Shown here piece by piece: positions 8,665-17,266 of a DNA stretch of 24,000 nt (the stretch's first letter is position 1; every line of letters begins with the position of its first letter). The stretch comes from Candidatus Omnitrophota bacterium (GTDB lineage Bacteria; Omnitrophota; Gorgyraeia; Duberdicusellales; 4484-171). Location of the stretch: positions 1 through 24,000 of the forward strand of contig JAGLUN010000003.1 of assembly GCA_023134705.1 (NCBI GenBank), written 5' to 3'. The notes beneath the pieces were generated by a model. The model had not been told where the DNA came from, made no database searches, and worked only from the letters and a program-made list of their open reading frames with translations. The position numbers were made by a program, and so were the translations under genes.

Positions 8665-8690
8665 AGTGCGAAGCCTGCCCGTTAGGGTAT
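8665..8690 (+). repeat. Family B short repeat unit
   Basis: AGTGCGAAGCCTGCCCGTTAGGGTAT; nearly identical to AGTGCGAAGCCTACCCGTCAGGGTAT at 17023-17048. Confidence 0.65.
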
Positions 8691-8703
8691 AGCATTTTTC
8701 CGG

Positions 8704-10218
8704 TTAATGACGGAAGTGACGAATATGCGTAAAAACCATGGATATTTTAAATTTATTACAAAGATCTATAATCTCTTTATCTTTTATAGATCCTCCGGGC
8801 TGAATCACAGCTTTTATCCCATATTTCTTCATCAGTTTTATAGAATCAGGCTTAGGGAAAAAACCATCGCTAGCCAACACTGTTCCTTTTGTTGATTTTG
8901 AAAATTTCTTAACTGCTAATTCCACCGCGCCTACTCTTGAAGGTTGACCGCCTCCTATCCCTAAAGTACGGTTATTTTTAACTATTACGATAGCGTTTGA
9001 CTTTACAAACTTTACTACTTTCCAGGCAAAGATTAAATTGCTTAATTCTTTATCTGTCGGCTTTCGTTTACTAACTATTTTAACCCCTTCCTTACCTAAA
9101 ACAATCTCATCGTTATCTTGGAAAAGATATCCAAAAGTGGTCTTTTTTACATCCATATAACTGGAACACTTCGTAAAATTCACTGCTAATAATCGTAAAT
9201 TCTTCTTGGCAGAAAAAAGCTTTATAGCCTCTTTAGAATAATCCGGTGCGATGATGCACTCTTTAAAACCACTTTTAATAATTTCCCGGGTAGTCTTGCC
9301 GTCAACTTTCCGGTTTAATCCCACAATAGCCCCAAAACTTGAAATCGGATCCGATTTGTAGGCATTCGCAAAAGCCCGAAAAAGTTTCTTATCGACTGCT
9401 ACACCGCAAGGAGAAGCATGCTTTACGATTACTGACGCCGGTTCATTAAAATCCCTCACTAGATTAAAAGCCGCGTCCAAATCAAAAAAATTATTAAAAG
9501 AAAGAGGTTTCCCTTGAAGTTGATGAAATGGTAAAGTTTGCGCATTTAATAGGCTATAAAGACTCGCTTTTTGATGCGGATTTTCCCCGTAACGCAAATT
9601 AATAATTTTTTCCATATTCCAGGTTAAAACGTCCGTACCTTTAAGAAAACTGTATATGTGCATATCATAATCTTTAGTAAGAAAGAAAACTTCACGGGCA
9701 AATTCTTTTAAAGTCTCTTCAGAAAGTGCTCCCTTATTCTTCTCTAACTCTTCGATAACCCTTTTATATTGAGTAAATGAGCTTATGCAGGCAACGTTTT
9801 TAAAATTCTTAGCTCCCGCACGCAGCATTGCCGGCCCGCCAATATCTATGTATTCCATCATTTGATCAAAGCTCATCTTCTCTTTAAGCATTTTTTCAAA
9901 GGGGTAAAAATTAACTACCACCATATCTATAGGCGTTATCCCCAAAGTCCTCAGCTCTTCCAGATGCAGAGGATTCTTCTTGTTGGATAAAATTCCTCCA
10001 AATATTCGCGGATGTAAAGTTTTTACTCTCCCGGAAAGGAACTCGGGAAAAGAGGTTATAGAATTAATCGTTTCTACATTGATGCCGCTTTTCCGGAGAA
10101 GAGAAGCAGTCTTTCCCGTAGAAATAATTTCAATATTTAAATTCTTTAATCTCTTGCTAAATTCTATTAATCCTCTCTTGTCCCAAGCACTAATTAAAAC
10201 TCTTCGTATTCGTAACAT
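8704..10218 (-). CDS. purH: Bifunctional AICAR formyltransferase/IMP cyclohydrolase
   Basis: 504 aa; RVLISAWDKRGLIEFSKRL, EFLSGRVKTLHPRIFGGIL, VVNFYPFEK, IDIGGPAMLRAGAKN, NLRYGENPHQKASLY, VKHASPCGVAV, SSFGAIVGLNRKVD, GIGGGQPSRVGAVELA. Confidence 0.96.
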   Translation of the reverse strand: MLRIRRVLISAWDKRGLIEFSKRLKNLNIEIISTGKTASLLRKSGINVETINSITSFPEFLSGRVKTLHPRIFGGILSNKKNPLHLEELRTLGITPIDMVVVNFYPFEKMLKEKMSFDQMMEYIDIGGPAMLRAGAKNFKNVACISSFTQYKRVIEELEKNKGALSEETLKEFAREVFFLTKDYDMHIYSFLKGTDVLTWNMEKIINLRYGENPHQKASLYSLLNAQTLPFHQLQGKPLSFNNFFDLDAAFNLVRDFNEPASVIVKHASPCGVAVDKKLFRAFANAYKSDPISSFGAIVGLNRKVDGKTTREIIKSGFKECIIAPDYSKEAIKLFSAKKNLRLLAVNFTKCSSYMDVKKTTFGYLFQDNDEIVLGKEGVKIVSKRKPTDKELSNLIFAWKVVKFVKSNAIVIVKNNRTLGIGGGQPSRVGAVELAVKKFSKSTKGTVLASDGFFPKPDSIKLMKKYGIKAVIQPGGSIKDKEIIDLCNKFKISMVFTHIRHFRH

Positions 10219-10231
10219 AGAATTAGTTCCT

Positions 10232-12232
10232 TTAGTCTTTTTTCTCCTGCTTTTTAGCTTGCCCGATTATAGTTTGAGCAATCCGTGCGGGAACAACTTC
10301 ATAGCGGGAAAAACTCATTGAATAGGTACCCCTTCCTCCGGTTACGGAACGAAGGTCCGAGGTATACTTAAACATTTCTGCTAAGGGAATTTGTGCTTTT
10401 ACTGACTCATTTTTCCCTTTCATTTCCATACCCAAAACTTTTCCCCGGCGGGAATTTATATCTCCGGTAACCTGTCCCATAAATTCCCCGGGAACAACAA
10501 TTTCCACATCCATAATTGGTTCCAGAAAAACACTTCCCGCTTGTTCCAAGGCTTTTTTTAAAGCCATAGATCCGGCAATCTGAAAAGCAATATCCGAGGA
10601 ATCTACCGGGTGATAAGATCCGTCATAAAGTGTAATTCTAACATCAGAAACAGGGTATGACGCTAAAATCCCTTCCCGCATAGCTTTTTTTATCCCTTTT
10701 TCTACGGACGGGATAAAATTACGAGGGATAGTTCCTCCTACAATTTTATCGACAAACTCAAATTTTTTTCCCCGTTCTAAAGGCTCAATCCGGATTGAAA
10801 CATCTCCGTATTGCCCCCGGCCACCGGTTTGCTTTTTATATTTATGGGACACCTCTATTGTTTTGGAAACCGTTTCAAAATAAGGAACTTTAGGCGTACC
10901 TAAATCTACATTAGCCTGATATTTCCTTTTCATCCGTTCAACAATTATATGCAAATGAAGCTCTCCCATACCGGAAAGAATAAGTTCTTTTGTCTGTGCG
11001 TCCCGAGACACTTTGCAGGTACGATCCTCATTTGTTAAACGCGCTAAAGCTGCGGAAATCTTATCTTCATCCTGTCTTGTCTTTGGCTTCAAAGAAGCAG
11101 AATATGCCGGAGAAGGAAATTCTACAGGAAGAAACTGTACTGCCCTTGAATTCACGCATAAAGTATCTTGAGTCTGAGTATCTTTCAATTTTGCCACGGC
11201 AACTATATCCCCGGCAGATATTGTTTCCTGAGGAATCTGTTGTTTTCCCTGCAAGACAAAAAGCTGTCCGACTTTTTCTTTATGTCCTTTTGTGACATTA
11301 AGTAATTCATTATGTGCGGCGGTTTTTCCCGAGAAGACTCTGAAAATAGTTAGTTGTCCTACAAAGGGATCAATGATCGTTTTGAATACCTGCGCACAAA
11401 AAGGGTGCTCAATTTTACTTTCTATCAATACTTCCTGATTATCTTTATCGTATGCGTTACGCGAACGGCACTCTCCTACAGAAGGCATCTCTTCAATCAA
11501 AGTATCCAAAAACATATCAACCCCTTCACCTTCTAAAGCGACTCCTCCAATTACAGGAAAAATCTGAGCATTAAGAATCGCTTTCTGTAATGCCGGAATA
11601 ACTTCATCCTCTTCCAACGCCCCTTTATCCAAATACTTTTCTAAAAGTTCGTCATCACTTTCGGCAACTTGTTCAACAATTTCGCCGTATAAACCAGTAT
11701 TTTTATCTTTATTTTTTAGGATAGGAATAACCTTGTCACCTTCAAGGAAACACATGCTGATAGCTTTTTTGGTTAAATTTTGCTGGATATCCTGAACCGT
11801 CTTTTTGTAATCGGTATCTTCCTTATCTAATTTATTAACAAAAAACATACAAGGAATATTCTCCTTACTCAAAAGCTCCCAGGCTTTTTCAGTTCCGACT
11901 GCAATTCCTTCGGTAGCATCAACCACAATCACTGCAAAATCAACCGCCCGTATACTTGTAATCAATTCTCCCACAAAATCTAAATATCCCGGAGTATCAA
12001 TGAATTGCAACAGGTTCCCTTTGTAATCTCCACGCAGTACTGATAAATTAATTGAGCTCTTCCTCTGTTTTTCATCTTCTTCATAGTCACTAATAGTTGT
12101 TTGCTCATCTACTTTTCCTAAACGTTTTGTTACTCCACATTTAAAAAAAACTGCTTCGGTTAAAGTACTTTTCCCCGCCTGAGCATGTCCGCATAAAAGA
12201 AAAGTCCTTTTTTTCTTTAAGTCTTCCTGCAT
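10232..12232 (-). CDS. Elongation factor G-like translational GTPase (EF-G paralog type)
   Basis: 666 aa; P-loop GHAQAGKSTLTEAVFF, QFIDTPGYLDFVGE, FVNKLDKE, GMGELHLHIIVERMKRKYQ, TGGRGQYGDVSIRIEPL, EPIMDVEIVVPGEFMGQVTGDINSRRGKVLGM. The divergent G1 motif suggests an EF-G-like paralog rather than canonical FusA. Confidence 0.9.
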   Translation of the reverse strand: MQEDLKKKRTFLLCGHAQAGKSTLTEAVFFKCGVTKRLGKVDEQTTISDYEEDEKQRKSSINLSVLRGDYKGNLLQFIDTPGYLDFVGELITSIRAVDFAVIVVDATEGIAVGTEKAWELLSKENIPCMFFVNKLDKEDTDYKKTVQDIQQNLTKKAISMCFLEGDKVIPILKNKDKNTGLYGEIVEQVAESDDELLEKYLDKGALEEDEVIPALQKAILNAQIFPVIGGVALEGEGVDMFLDTLIEEMPSVGECRSRNAYDKDNQEVLIESKIEHPFCAQVFKTIIDPFVGQLTIFRVFSGKTAAHNELLNVTKGHKEKVGQLFVLQGKQQIPQETISAGDIVAVAKLKDTQTQDTLCVNSRAVQFLPVEFPSPAYSASLKPKTRQDEDKISAALARLTNEDRTCKVSRDAQTKELILSGMGELHLHIIVERMKRKYQANVDLGTPKVPYFETVSKTIEVSHKYKKQTGGRGQYGDVSIRIEPLERGKKFEFVDKIVGGTIPRNFIPSVEKGIKKAMREGILASYPVSDVRITLYDGSYHPVDSSDIAFQIAGSMALKKALEQAGSVFLEPIMDVEIVVPGEFMGQVTGDINSRRGKVLGMEMKGKNESVKAQIPLAEMFKYTSDLRSVTGGRGTYSMSFSRYEVVPARIAQTIIGQAKKQEKKD

Positions 12233-12672
12233 TACAACCTCCTTAGGCTAAAAATGCAATTAGAAAAATGGATTGCGCTTTATCTCTTGCTTTATTTTTT
12301 CCTATAGAAATTAGCTCCGGCAGATAAAAATCCGCAATATTCTTAAAATTCCATATCGGAAAAACTTTTTTTAATCTTAATTTTGCCGGAACTACAACGC
12401 ACTTTTAAATACCATCTTACCGGTTAAAAGAATCTTATTATATTAAAAATAATCCTTTTCGTCAACCTTAGGACAAAAAAAGTTTGCTATTTCTTAGGGG
12501 AAGAACATCCTTTCTCTAGATAAATAGGCTTAAAAGCGCTGGATTTTATCCTGTAAGTTATTAGATACCAGTAAGTTGTGAAGATTATCACCCGGACAAA
12601 AATGACTAAGGGAGAAAAGACTGATATTTAAGGTTTTTATATTACTTTTTATCCGCCTACGCAGAAGACCAC

Positions 12673-12716
12673 GGGCTTGCCCGTGGGGTGTTCCATAGTT
12701 TCCTATCCGGCAAAAA
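12673..12716 (+). repeat. Hairpin CCACGGGC-tt-GCCCGTGG followed by a Family A fragment (A4)
   Basis: accacgggcttgcccgtgg, then ccatagtttcctatccggcaaaa (12693-12715), matching the family A 3' end tatagtttcctatacggcaag. Confidence 0.6.
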
Positions 12717-12729
12717 AGATGTCTTTAGG

Positions 12730-13773
12730 TCAAATAACTAACATCGCATCGCCAAAAGTAAAAAGTCTAAACCTTTTCTCCATAGCATAGGTGTAAGCTT
12801 TTTTTATTAAATCCTTTCCACAAAAAGTAGAAATAAGAATAAGATTGGTGGAAGCGGGAGTATGAAAGTTAGTTACTAACGCATCGACAATTTTAAATTT
12901 ATATCCCGGATAAATATACAGGGAAGTACTATTTATTTGAGGTATAAGTGTAATTCTGTTCCCTTTTACTGTACTGGCAGATTCTAAAGTCCTTATGGCA
13001 GTTGTACCAACAGCAATTATTCTCCTCTTTTCATCTTTTGCCTGGTTGATAATTAAAGCAGTTTTCCGGGACACCTCAAAGGCTTCTTCTCCCATAGGAT
13101 GGTCCCTTATATCCTGAGTTTTAACCGGGCGAAAAGTAGATAAACCGCAATGCAAAGTAACATAAACTATCTCTATTCCCTTGTTCTTAATTTTCTCCAA
13201 AAGTGAAGGGGTAAAATGGAATCCAGCCGTAGGCGCGGCGACTGCGCCTTCTTTCTCAGCAAAAACAGTCTGATAAAGATCCTCTTCATTTAATTCTTTT
13301 TCAATATATGGAGGTAAGGGCACCTGGCCGTATGTTTCTATTAAAAATTTTGCCCGGTAGGGCGAAAACTCAATCAATCTTGTTCCATCCACTGTTCTTG
13401 CAATTACTTTACCTTTTACTCCTCCCTCAAAACATAAAACATCACCTACCCTGGCACGCTTCCCAGGTTTAACCAAAACTTCCCAAAGCCCTTTCTTCCT
13501 CTCGCTTAAGAAAAGGATTTCTACCTTTGCTCCGGTAATCCTCTTTGCCGATAAACGTGCTTTTATAACTTTGGTATTATTTAAAACTAAGATATCTCCT
13601 TTATTTAAAAAATTGATTATATCTTTAAATACGATTTCCCGGAAACCCCCTTTTTTGTTACGGTCAATAATAAGAAGACGTGCTTTTTCTCTCGCTTTTA
13701 AGGGTTCCTGAGCAATTAATTCCCGGGGGAAAGTATAGTTAAAATTAGAAAGGTCAAAAATGTTTTCATCCAT
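12730..13773 (-). CDS. queA: S-adenosylmethionine:tRNA ribosyltransferase-isomerase
   Basis: 347 aa; FPRELIAQEPLKAREKARLL, GDILVLNNTKVIKARL, EGAVAAPTAGFHFTPSLLEKI, VTLHCGLSTFRPV, VTNFHTPASTNLILIS, YRFLFGDAMLI-like C-terminus. Confidence 0.96.
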   Translation of the reverse strand: MDENIFDLSNFNYTFPRELIAQEPLKAREKARLLIIDRNKKGGFREIVFKDIINFLNKGDILVLNNTKVIKARLSAKRITGAKVEILFLSERKKGLWEVLVKPGKRARVGDVLCFEGGVKGKVIARTVDGTRLIEFSPYRAKFLIETYGQVPLPPYIEKELNEEDLYQTVFAEKEGAVAAPTAGFHFTPSLLEKIKNKGIEIVYVTLHCGLSTFRPVKTQDIRDHPMGEEAFEVSRKTALIINQAKDEKRRIIAVGTTAIRTLESASTVKGNRITLIPQINSTSLYIYPGYKFKIVDALVTNFHTPASTNLILISTFCGKDLIKKAYTYAMEKRFRLFTFGDAMLVI

Positions 13774-13899
13774 AATTAATTTATTTTATCAGCAAAAATG
13801 CTGATTTCAAGCTGAGAGAATGAGTATCAAAAAGCAGTATAAATACTCCAGGATTAAAATAGTTGCCTAAAACAAAAAATGGCCTTAAAATAAACACTT

Positions 13900-14469
13900 A
13901 TGAAGAAACAAAAATTAAGCATCGTTTTAGATACCAATCTTTTTATAAATCCTGACTCACGTTATATTTTTGGTAAAACAGTTGAAGAGGCAATAAACGA
14001 ATTTGCGGAACAACTTGCGAGAAGGGAAGAAATTAATTGTTTTATGCCTCCTTCCATATATGAAGAACTAATAAAGTTTATTGACCTTAAAAAAATTTCA
14101 AAAAAATTTATTCTTATAAACCGGAAGCCTCCTTCTAAATACGAAGTCCCCATTCCGGCGATTCTTCTTTACGAATTTATCGAAGAAACCCGTTCGAGAA
14201 TAAATAAAGGCTTAAGGGTTGCTGAAAAACATTCTCGTAAAAGGGTTCGGGATATCTCAGAAGACGAAATCATAAAAAATTTACGTAATGAATACCGTAT
14301 TGCTTTAAGAGAAGGGATTATTGACAGTAAAGAGGATTTTGACTTAATTCTTCTGGCTAAAGAACTAAACGCCTATCTAGCTACGACTGATAAAGGGCTT
14401 ATAAAATGGGCTCAAAAACTGGGGATAACCTGCATTGACTCCCGGGGATTGAAGAATTTGTTGGAATAA
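13900..14469 (+). CDS. HARP family (homolog of Aquifex RNase P) / UPF0278 'RNA ligase partner' PIN-domain protein; candidate protein-only RNase P
   Basis: 189 aa; VLDTNLFINPDSRYIFGKTVEEAINEF, FMPPSIYEELIKFID, PIPAILLYEFIEETRSRINKGLRVAEKHSR, YRIALREGIIDSKEDFDLILLAKELNAYLATTDKGLIKWAQKLGI. Matches the remembered Aq_880/MJ0950 family pattern, including the PIN acidic residues. Confidence 0.85.
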   Translation: MKKQKLSIVLDTNLFINPDSRYIFGKTVEEAINEFAEQLARREEINCFMPPSIYEELIKFIDLKKISKKFILINRKPPSKYEVPIPAILLYEFIEETRSRINKGLRVAEKHSRKRVRDISEDEIIKNLRNEYRIALREGIIDSKEDFDLILLAKELNAYLATTDKGLIKWAQKLGITCIDSRGLKNLLE

Positions 14470-14492
14470 ACATTAAACTTCCAAAGACTTTA

Positions 14493-14559
14493 GATGTTAG
14501 ATGCTTGATCCTTGATGCTCGTTATTTAAACGAGTATCGAGCATCGAGAATCTAGCATC
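14493..14559. terminator. Imperfect 31-bp-arm palindrome with 7-nt internal periodicity between convergent genes; possible bidirectional terminator
   Basis: Left arm GATGTTA-GATGCTT-GATCCTT-GATGCTC-GTT, loop attta, right arm AAC-GAGTATC-GAGCATC-GAGAATC-TAGCATC. About 26 of 31 positions complementary. Confidence 0.65.
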
Positions 14560-14586
14560 AAATTCGCATTTCGAAATTTAATATCT

Positions 14587-15540
14587 TCATTTCACAATTG
14601 AGTTTAAAATTTCTTTTATAAGAAGCTCTAAAGTAACTATTCCTAAATTTCTTTTACCTTTTATAACCACAGCGATATTTTCTTTCGTATTTTGCATAAG
14701 AGTAAAAACATCATATAATTTCTGGCTTGCTCCGACGTGAATAACAGGGCGTATTACCTCATGCCAATCTTCATATTGCCCGTAGAATAAATCAAAAATA
14801 TTTATATACCCGATAATCTCTTTATTCTTAAATACAGGATAACGTGTAAAGCCTTTAAGATTAGCTATGCTTAATATGCGTTCCAAAGGATCCGAATGGC
14901 TTATGCTTACAACTTTACCTAAAGGTATCTGAACATCTTTTAACTTAGTTTCTCCGAAATCAAAGATTTCTTCAATAGCCTCTTTTTCTCCTCTTTCCAG
15001 AATTCCCTCTTTCTGAACTTCGGCGACTAAAGCTTTTATTTCTTCTTTAGTAACGAAGAAAGAACGTCTTTTCGCTTTTCCCAAAATCAGCTTAACCAAG
15101 AAAATAGATGCTTTTTCAATAGTATAAACAAAAGGGGAAAAAATATTATTGAAAAATTTAAAAATTTTAGCTGTTTTAATACTTAGTTCCTCCCGGTAAT
15201 ATCTACCAATATTCTTAGGGATCAACTCCGCAAAAATAACAATTACCGGAGTAAATAAAAAAGTAATCCACAAATTACTCCTGGGAATATCCAAGTCTAT
15301 AAGTAAATTCGTAGCTAAGGTTGAACTTATTACCAGGGATATATTTGTACCCACTAAGGCGGTAGCAAGAAATTTCTCGGGATTAGAGAGCAATTGATAA
15401 GCAAATAATGCTTTTTTATCTTTCTTTTTACGGCGGCGAAGTTTAAGCATATTAGAAGAAATGAACGCTATTTCACTGCTTGCAAAAAATCCCTGAAGAA
15501 GAATAAAAAATAAACAGCCCAACAAATAAATACTAGTCAT
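14587..15540 (-). CDS. CNNM (DUF21)/CBS-domain membrane protein, short form lacking a CorC/HlyC C-terminal domain
   Basis: 317 aa; N-terminal membrane segments (GCLFFILLQGFFASSEIAFISSNMLKLR; FVTPVIVIFAELIPKNIGR-type), then a CBS-like region. Ends shortly after GIVTLELLIKEILNSIV. Confidence 0.85.
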   Translation of the reverse strand: MTSIYLLGCLFFILLQGFFASSEIAFISSNMLKLRRRKKKDKKALFAYQLLSNPEKFLATALVGTNISLVISSTLATNLLIDLDIPRSNLWITFLFTPVIVIFAELIPKNIGRYYREELSIKTAKIFKFFNNIFSPFVYTIEKASIFLVKLILGKAKRRSFFVTKEEIKALVAEVQKEGILERGEKEAIEEIFDFGETKLKDVQIPLGKVVSISHSDPLERILSIANLKGFTRYPVFKNKEIIGYINIFDLFYGQYEDWHEVIRPVIHVGASQKLYDVFTLMQNTKENIAVVIKGKRNLGIVTLELLIKEILNSIVK

Positions 15541-16748
15541 CTCTTTAATTTTATAACCACACTTATTATTCTTTTTGCCGTGGCCCTTTGCACAATAAAT
15601 TCTAAACCTTCGAATTCGAATCTCTCACGGGAATGAGGGATCCTTTCTAACTTAGAAAGGATGAACCCTGCTAAAGTAGGACTATCCTCGGGCAGATTCA
15701 GTTCTAATGCTGAATTAAGAATTTTAATCGGAGTTTTACCATACACTATCCATTCATTCTCCTGCAGTTTATCAATCATTTTGAGAGGAACTTCAAATTC
15801 GTCATAGATCTCTCCAAAAATTTCTTCTTTCACATCTTCCAAAGTAACCAACCCTTCTGTCCCGCCGTATTCATCTAAAACTATAGCAATACGTTCGCCT
15901 TTCTCTAAAAACTCTCTTAACAAATCATCAATCTTTTTACTTTCGGGAACAAAGACAGATTCCCTTATAAATTCCTTCCAGCTATGTTTAGGATTTAAAA
16001 ACACGTCTTTAGCATAAACGACACCTATGATATTATCCAAAGATTCTCGATATACAGGGAATTTTGAATGCCGTTCTTTTTTGAAAATACTTATTATCTC
16101 CTCCTGGCTGGATTCTATTTCGATACCCTTAATGTCCACGCGAGGAGTTAATACCTCATTCGCCCAAGTCTCTTTAAATTCCAAAACATAACTGATCATC
16201 TCTTCTTCCGCTTCAGTAATATACCCCTCTTTCTTCCCCAGGAAAAGAGCCTCTTTTATATCTTCCTCCGAAGAAAACTTCTTTTCCTTCTTAAGAAAGC
16301 TGTAACATATAGTATCGACGATTTTCTGAATTAATCTCACCCCGGGGGACAAAATTCTGCTGATAAATATCAACAAGGGCGCAGATGCTAAAGAAATCCT
16401 CTCATAAGCATAAATAGCCAAGGTTTTCGGGAAAACTTCTCCAAAAAAAAGGAGAACCAAGCCGGAAAAAACAATAGAGAAAATAATCCCTTTGTTACCA
16501 AAGCTATCGACAAATACATAGGTAGTTAAAGACGCCAGCCCGATATTAACTAGCATATTGCCAAATACTATGGTGGATAAAAACAAGCCCGGATTACGGA
16601 ATATTATGTTTAGCTCTTTGGCAGAAACATATTTTTCTTTAAGCCTCCGGAATTTTGTCTTAGTTAAAGAAAAAATCGCGGTCTCAGAAGCAGAAAAAAA
16701 GAAAGAAAAAGAGATAAACACAACTAGAAGGACAAAACTAATTACCAT
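15537..16748 (-). CDS. Hemolysin-family protein: CNNM transmembrane domain, CBS pair, CorC_HlyC domain
   Basis: 403 aa; SASETAIFSLTKTKFRRL, EVFPKTLAIYAYERIS, EVLTPRVDIKGIE, SKFPVYRESLDNIIGVVYAKDVF, IAIVLDEYGGTEGLVTLEDVKEEIFGEIYDEFE, C-terminal CorC-like region. Confidence 0.93.
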   Translation of the reverse strand: MVISFVLLVVFISFSFFFSASETAIFSLTKTKFRRLKEKYVSAKELNIIFRNPGLFLSTIVFGNMLVNIGLASLTTYVFVDSFGNKGIIFSIVFSGLVLLFFGEVFPKTLAIYAYERISLASAPLLIFISRILSPGVRLIQKIVDTICYSFLKKEKKFSSEEDIKEALFLGKKEGYITEAEEEMISYVLEFKETWANEVLTPRVDIKGIEIESSQEEIISIFKKERHSKFPVYRESLDNIIGVVYAKDVFLNPKHSWKEFIRESVFVPESKKIDDLLREFLEKGERIAIVLDEYGGTEGLVTLEDVKEEIFGEIYDEFEVPLKMIDKLQENEWIVYGKTPIKILNSALELNLPEDSPTLAGFILSKLERIPHSRERFEFEGLEFIVQRATAKRIISVVIKLKR

Positions 16749-16957
16749 GCTTTTCAGGAATGATAGAGGCGGGTTCTTCCATATATTAAAATGATTATAC
16801 CACTGACTTCATTATTGTAAAGCACAATAATCTAAACCGGGAAAATGCCTTTGCAAAAGCGTTCCGAAGGATCCAACGCTTATAACAATCGGCGAGATAA
16901 AGAATTAGGACAAAAGGCGATTGTACAAAAAAGTACGTGGCATTTTTCCCGGTTACC

Positions 16958-16996
16958 CCGACCTTCCCAAATTTTAAAAGGAAAATTTAGGGTCGG
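16958..16996. terminator. Stem-loop CCGACC...AAATTTT-aaaagg-AAAATTT...GGTCGG
   Basis: Complementary arms visible directly in the sequence. Confidence 0.5.
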
Positions 16997-16998
16997 CC

Positions 16999-17048
16999 CG
17001 TGCGAAGCCTCCCCGATGGGGGAGTGCGAAGCCTACCCGTCAGGGTAT
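16999..17048 (+). repeat. Family B: two tandem units
   Basis: cGTGCGAAGCCTCCCCGATGGGG then aGTGCGAAGCCTACCCGTCAGGGtat. Same core as 8665-8690. Confidence 0.65.
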
Positions 17049-17053
17049 TCGGG

Positions 17054-17078
17054 CAAATAATGCCTACTGCATTATTTG
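17054..17078. repeat. Perfect 10-bp hairpin
   Basis: CAAATAATGC-ctact-GCATTATTTG. Confidence 0.7.
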
Positions 17079-17127
17079 GGTAAAGTGGTTTCCAAAAAAA
17101 ATCGCTGTGAGATAACCTTTTGCGATT

Positions 17128-17236
17128 TTCTTGCCGTATAGGAAACTATAAAAAGTTATTCTTTTGTAAGGCACATACATCTAAATAGTAGGTTGAGATA
17201 ATTTTGAGTGCCCGGCAAGGAAACCTATAAGGAAAA
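17128..17236 (-). repeat. Family A dispersed element, copy A3
   Basis: On +: cttgccgTATAGgaaaCTATAaaaagttattcttttgtaaGGCACatacat...gaGTGCCcggcaaggaaacctataaggaaaa. Its reverse complement matches 7821-7930 closely. Confidence 0.85.
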
Positions 17237-17241
17237 GTTAC

Positions 17242-17260
17242 CCGAATATAATTCGGTTTT
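17242..17260 (+). terminator. Short stem-loop with T-run
   Basis: CCGAAT-ata-ATTCGG followed by TTTT. Confidence 0.4.
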
Positions 17261-17266
17261 CTTGCC

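Noticed and set aside
8707-8895. + strand 62-aa ORF
   Set aside because: Antisense to the purH 3' end.
9980-11536. + strand ORFs 9980..10321, 10990..11295 and 11354..11536
   Set aside because: Antisense to or overlapping purH and the EF-G-like gene; the - strand proteins explain the sequence.
16558-16794. + strand 78-aa ORF
   Set aside because: Antisense to the start of the CNNM gene.
16999-17048. Possible CRISPR-like direct repeat
   Set aside because: Two adjacent units with no spacer-sized unique DNA between them and no cas genes in the window.
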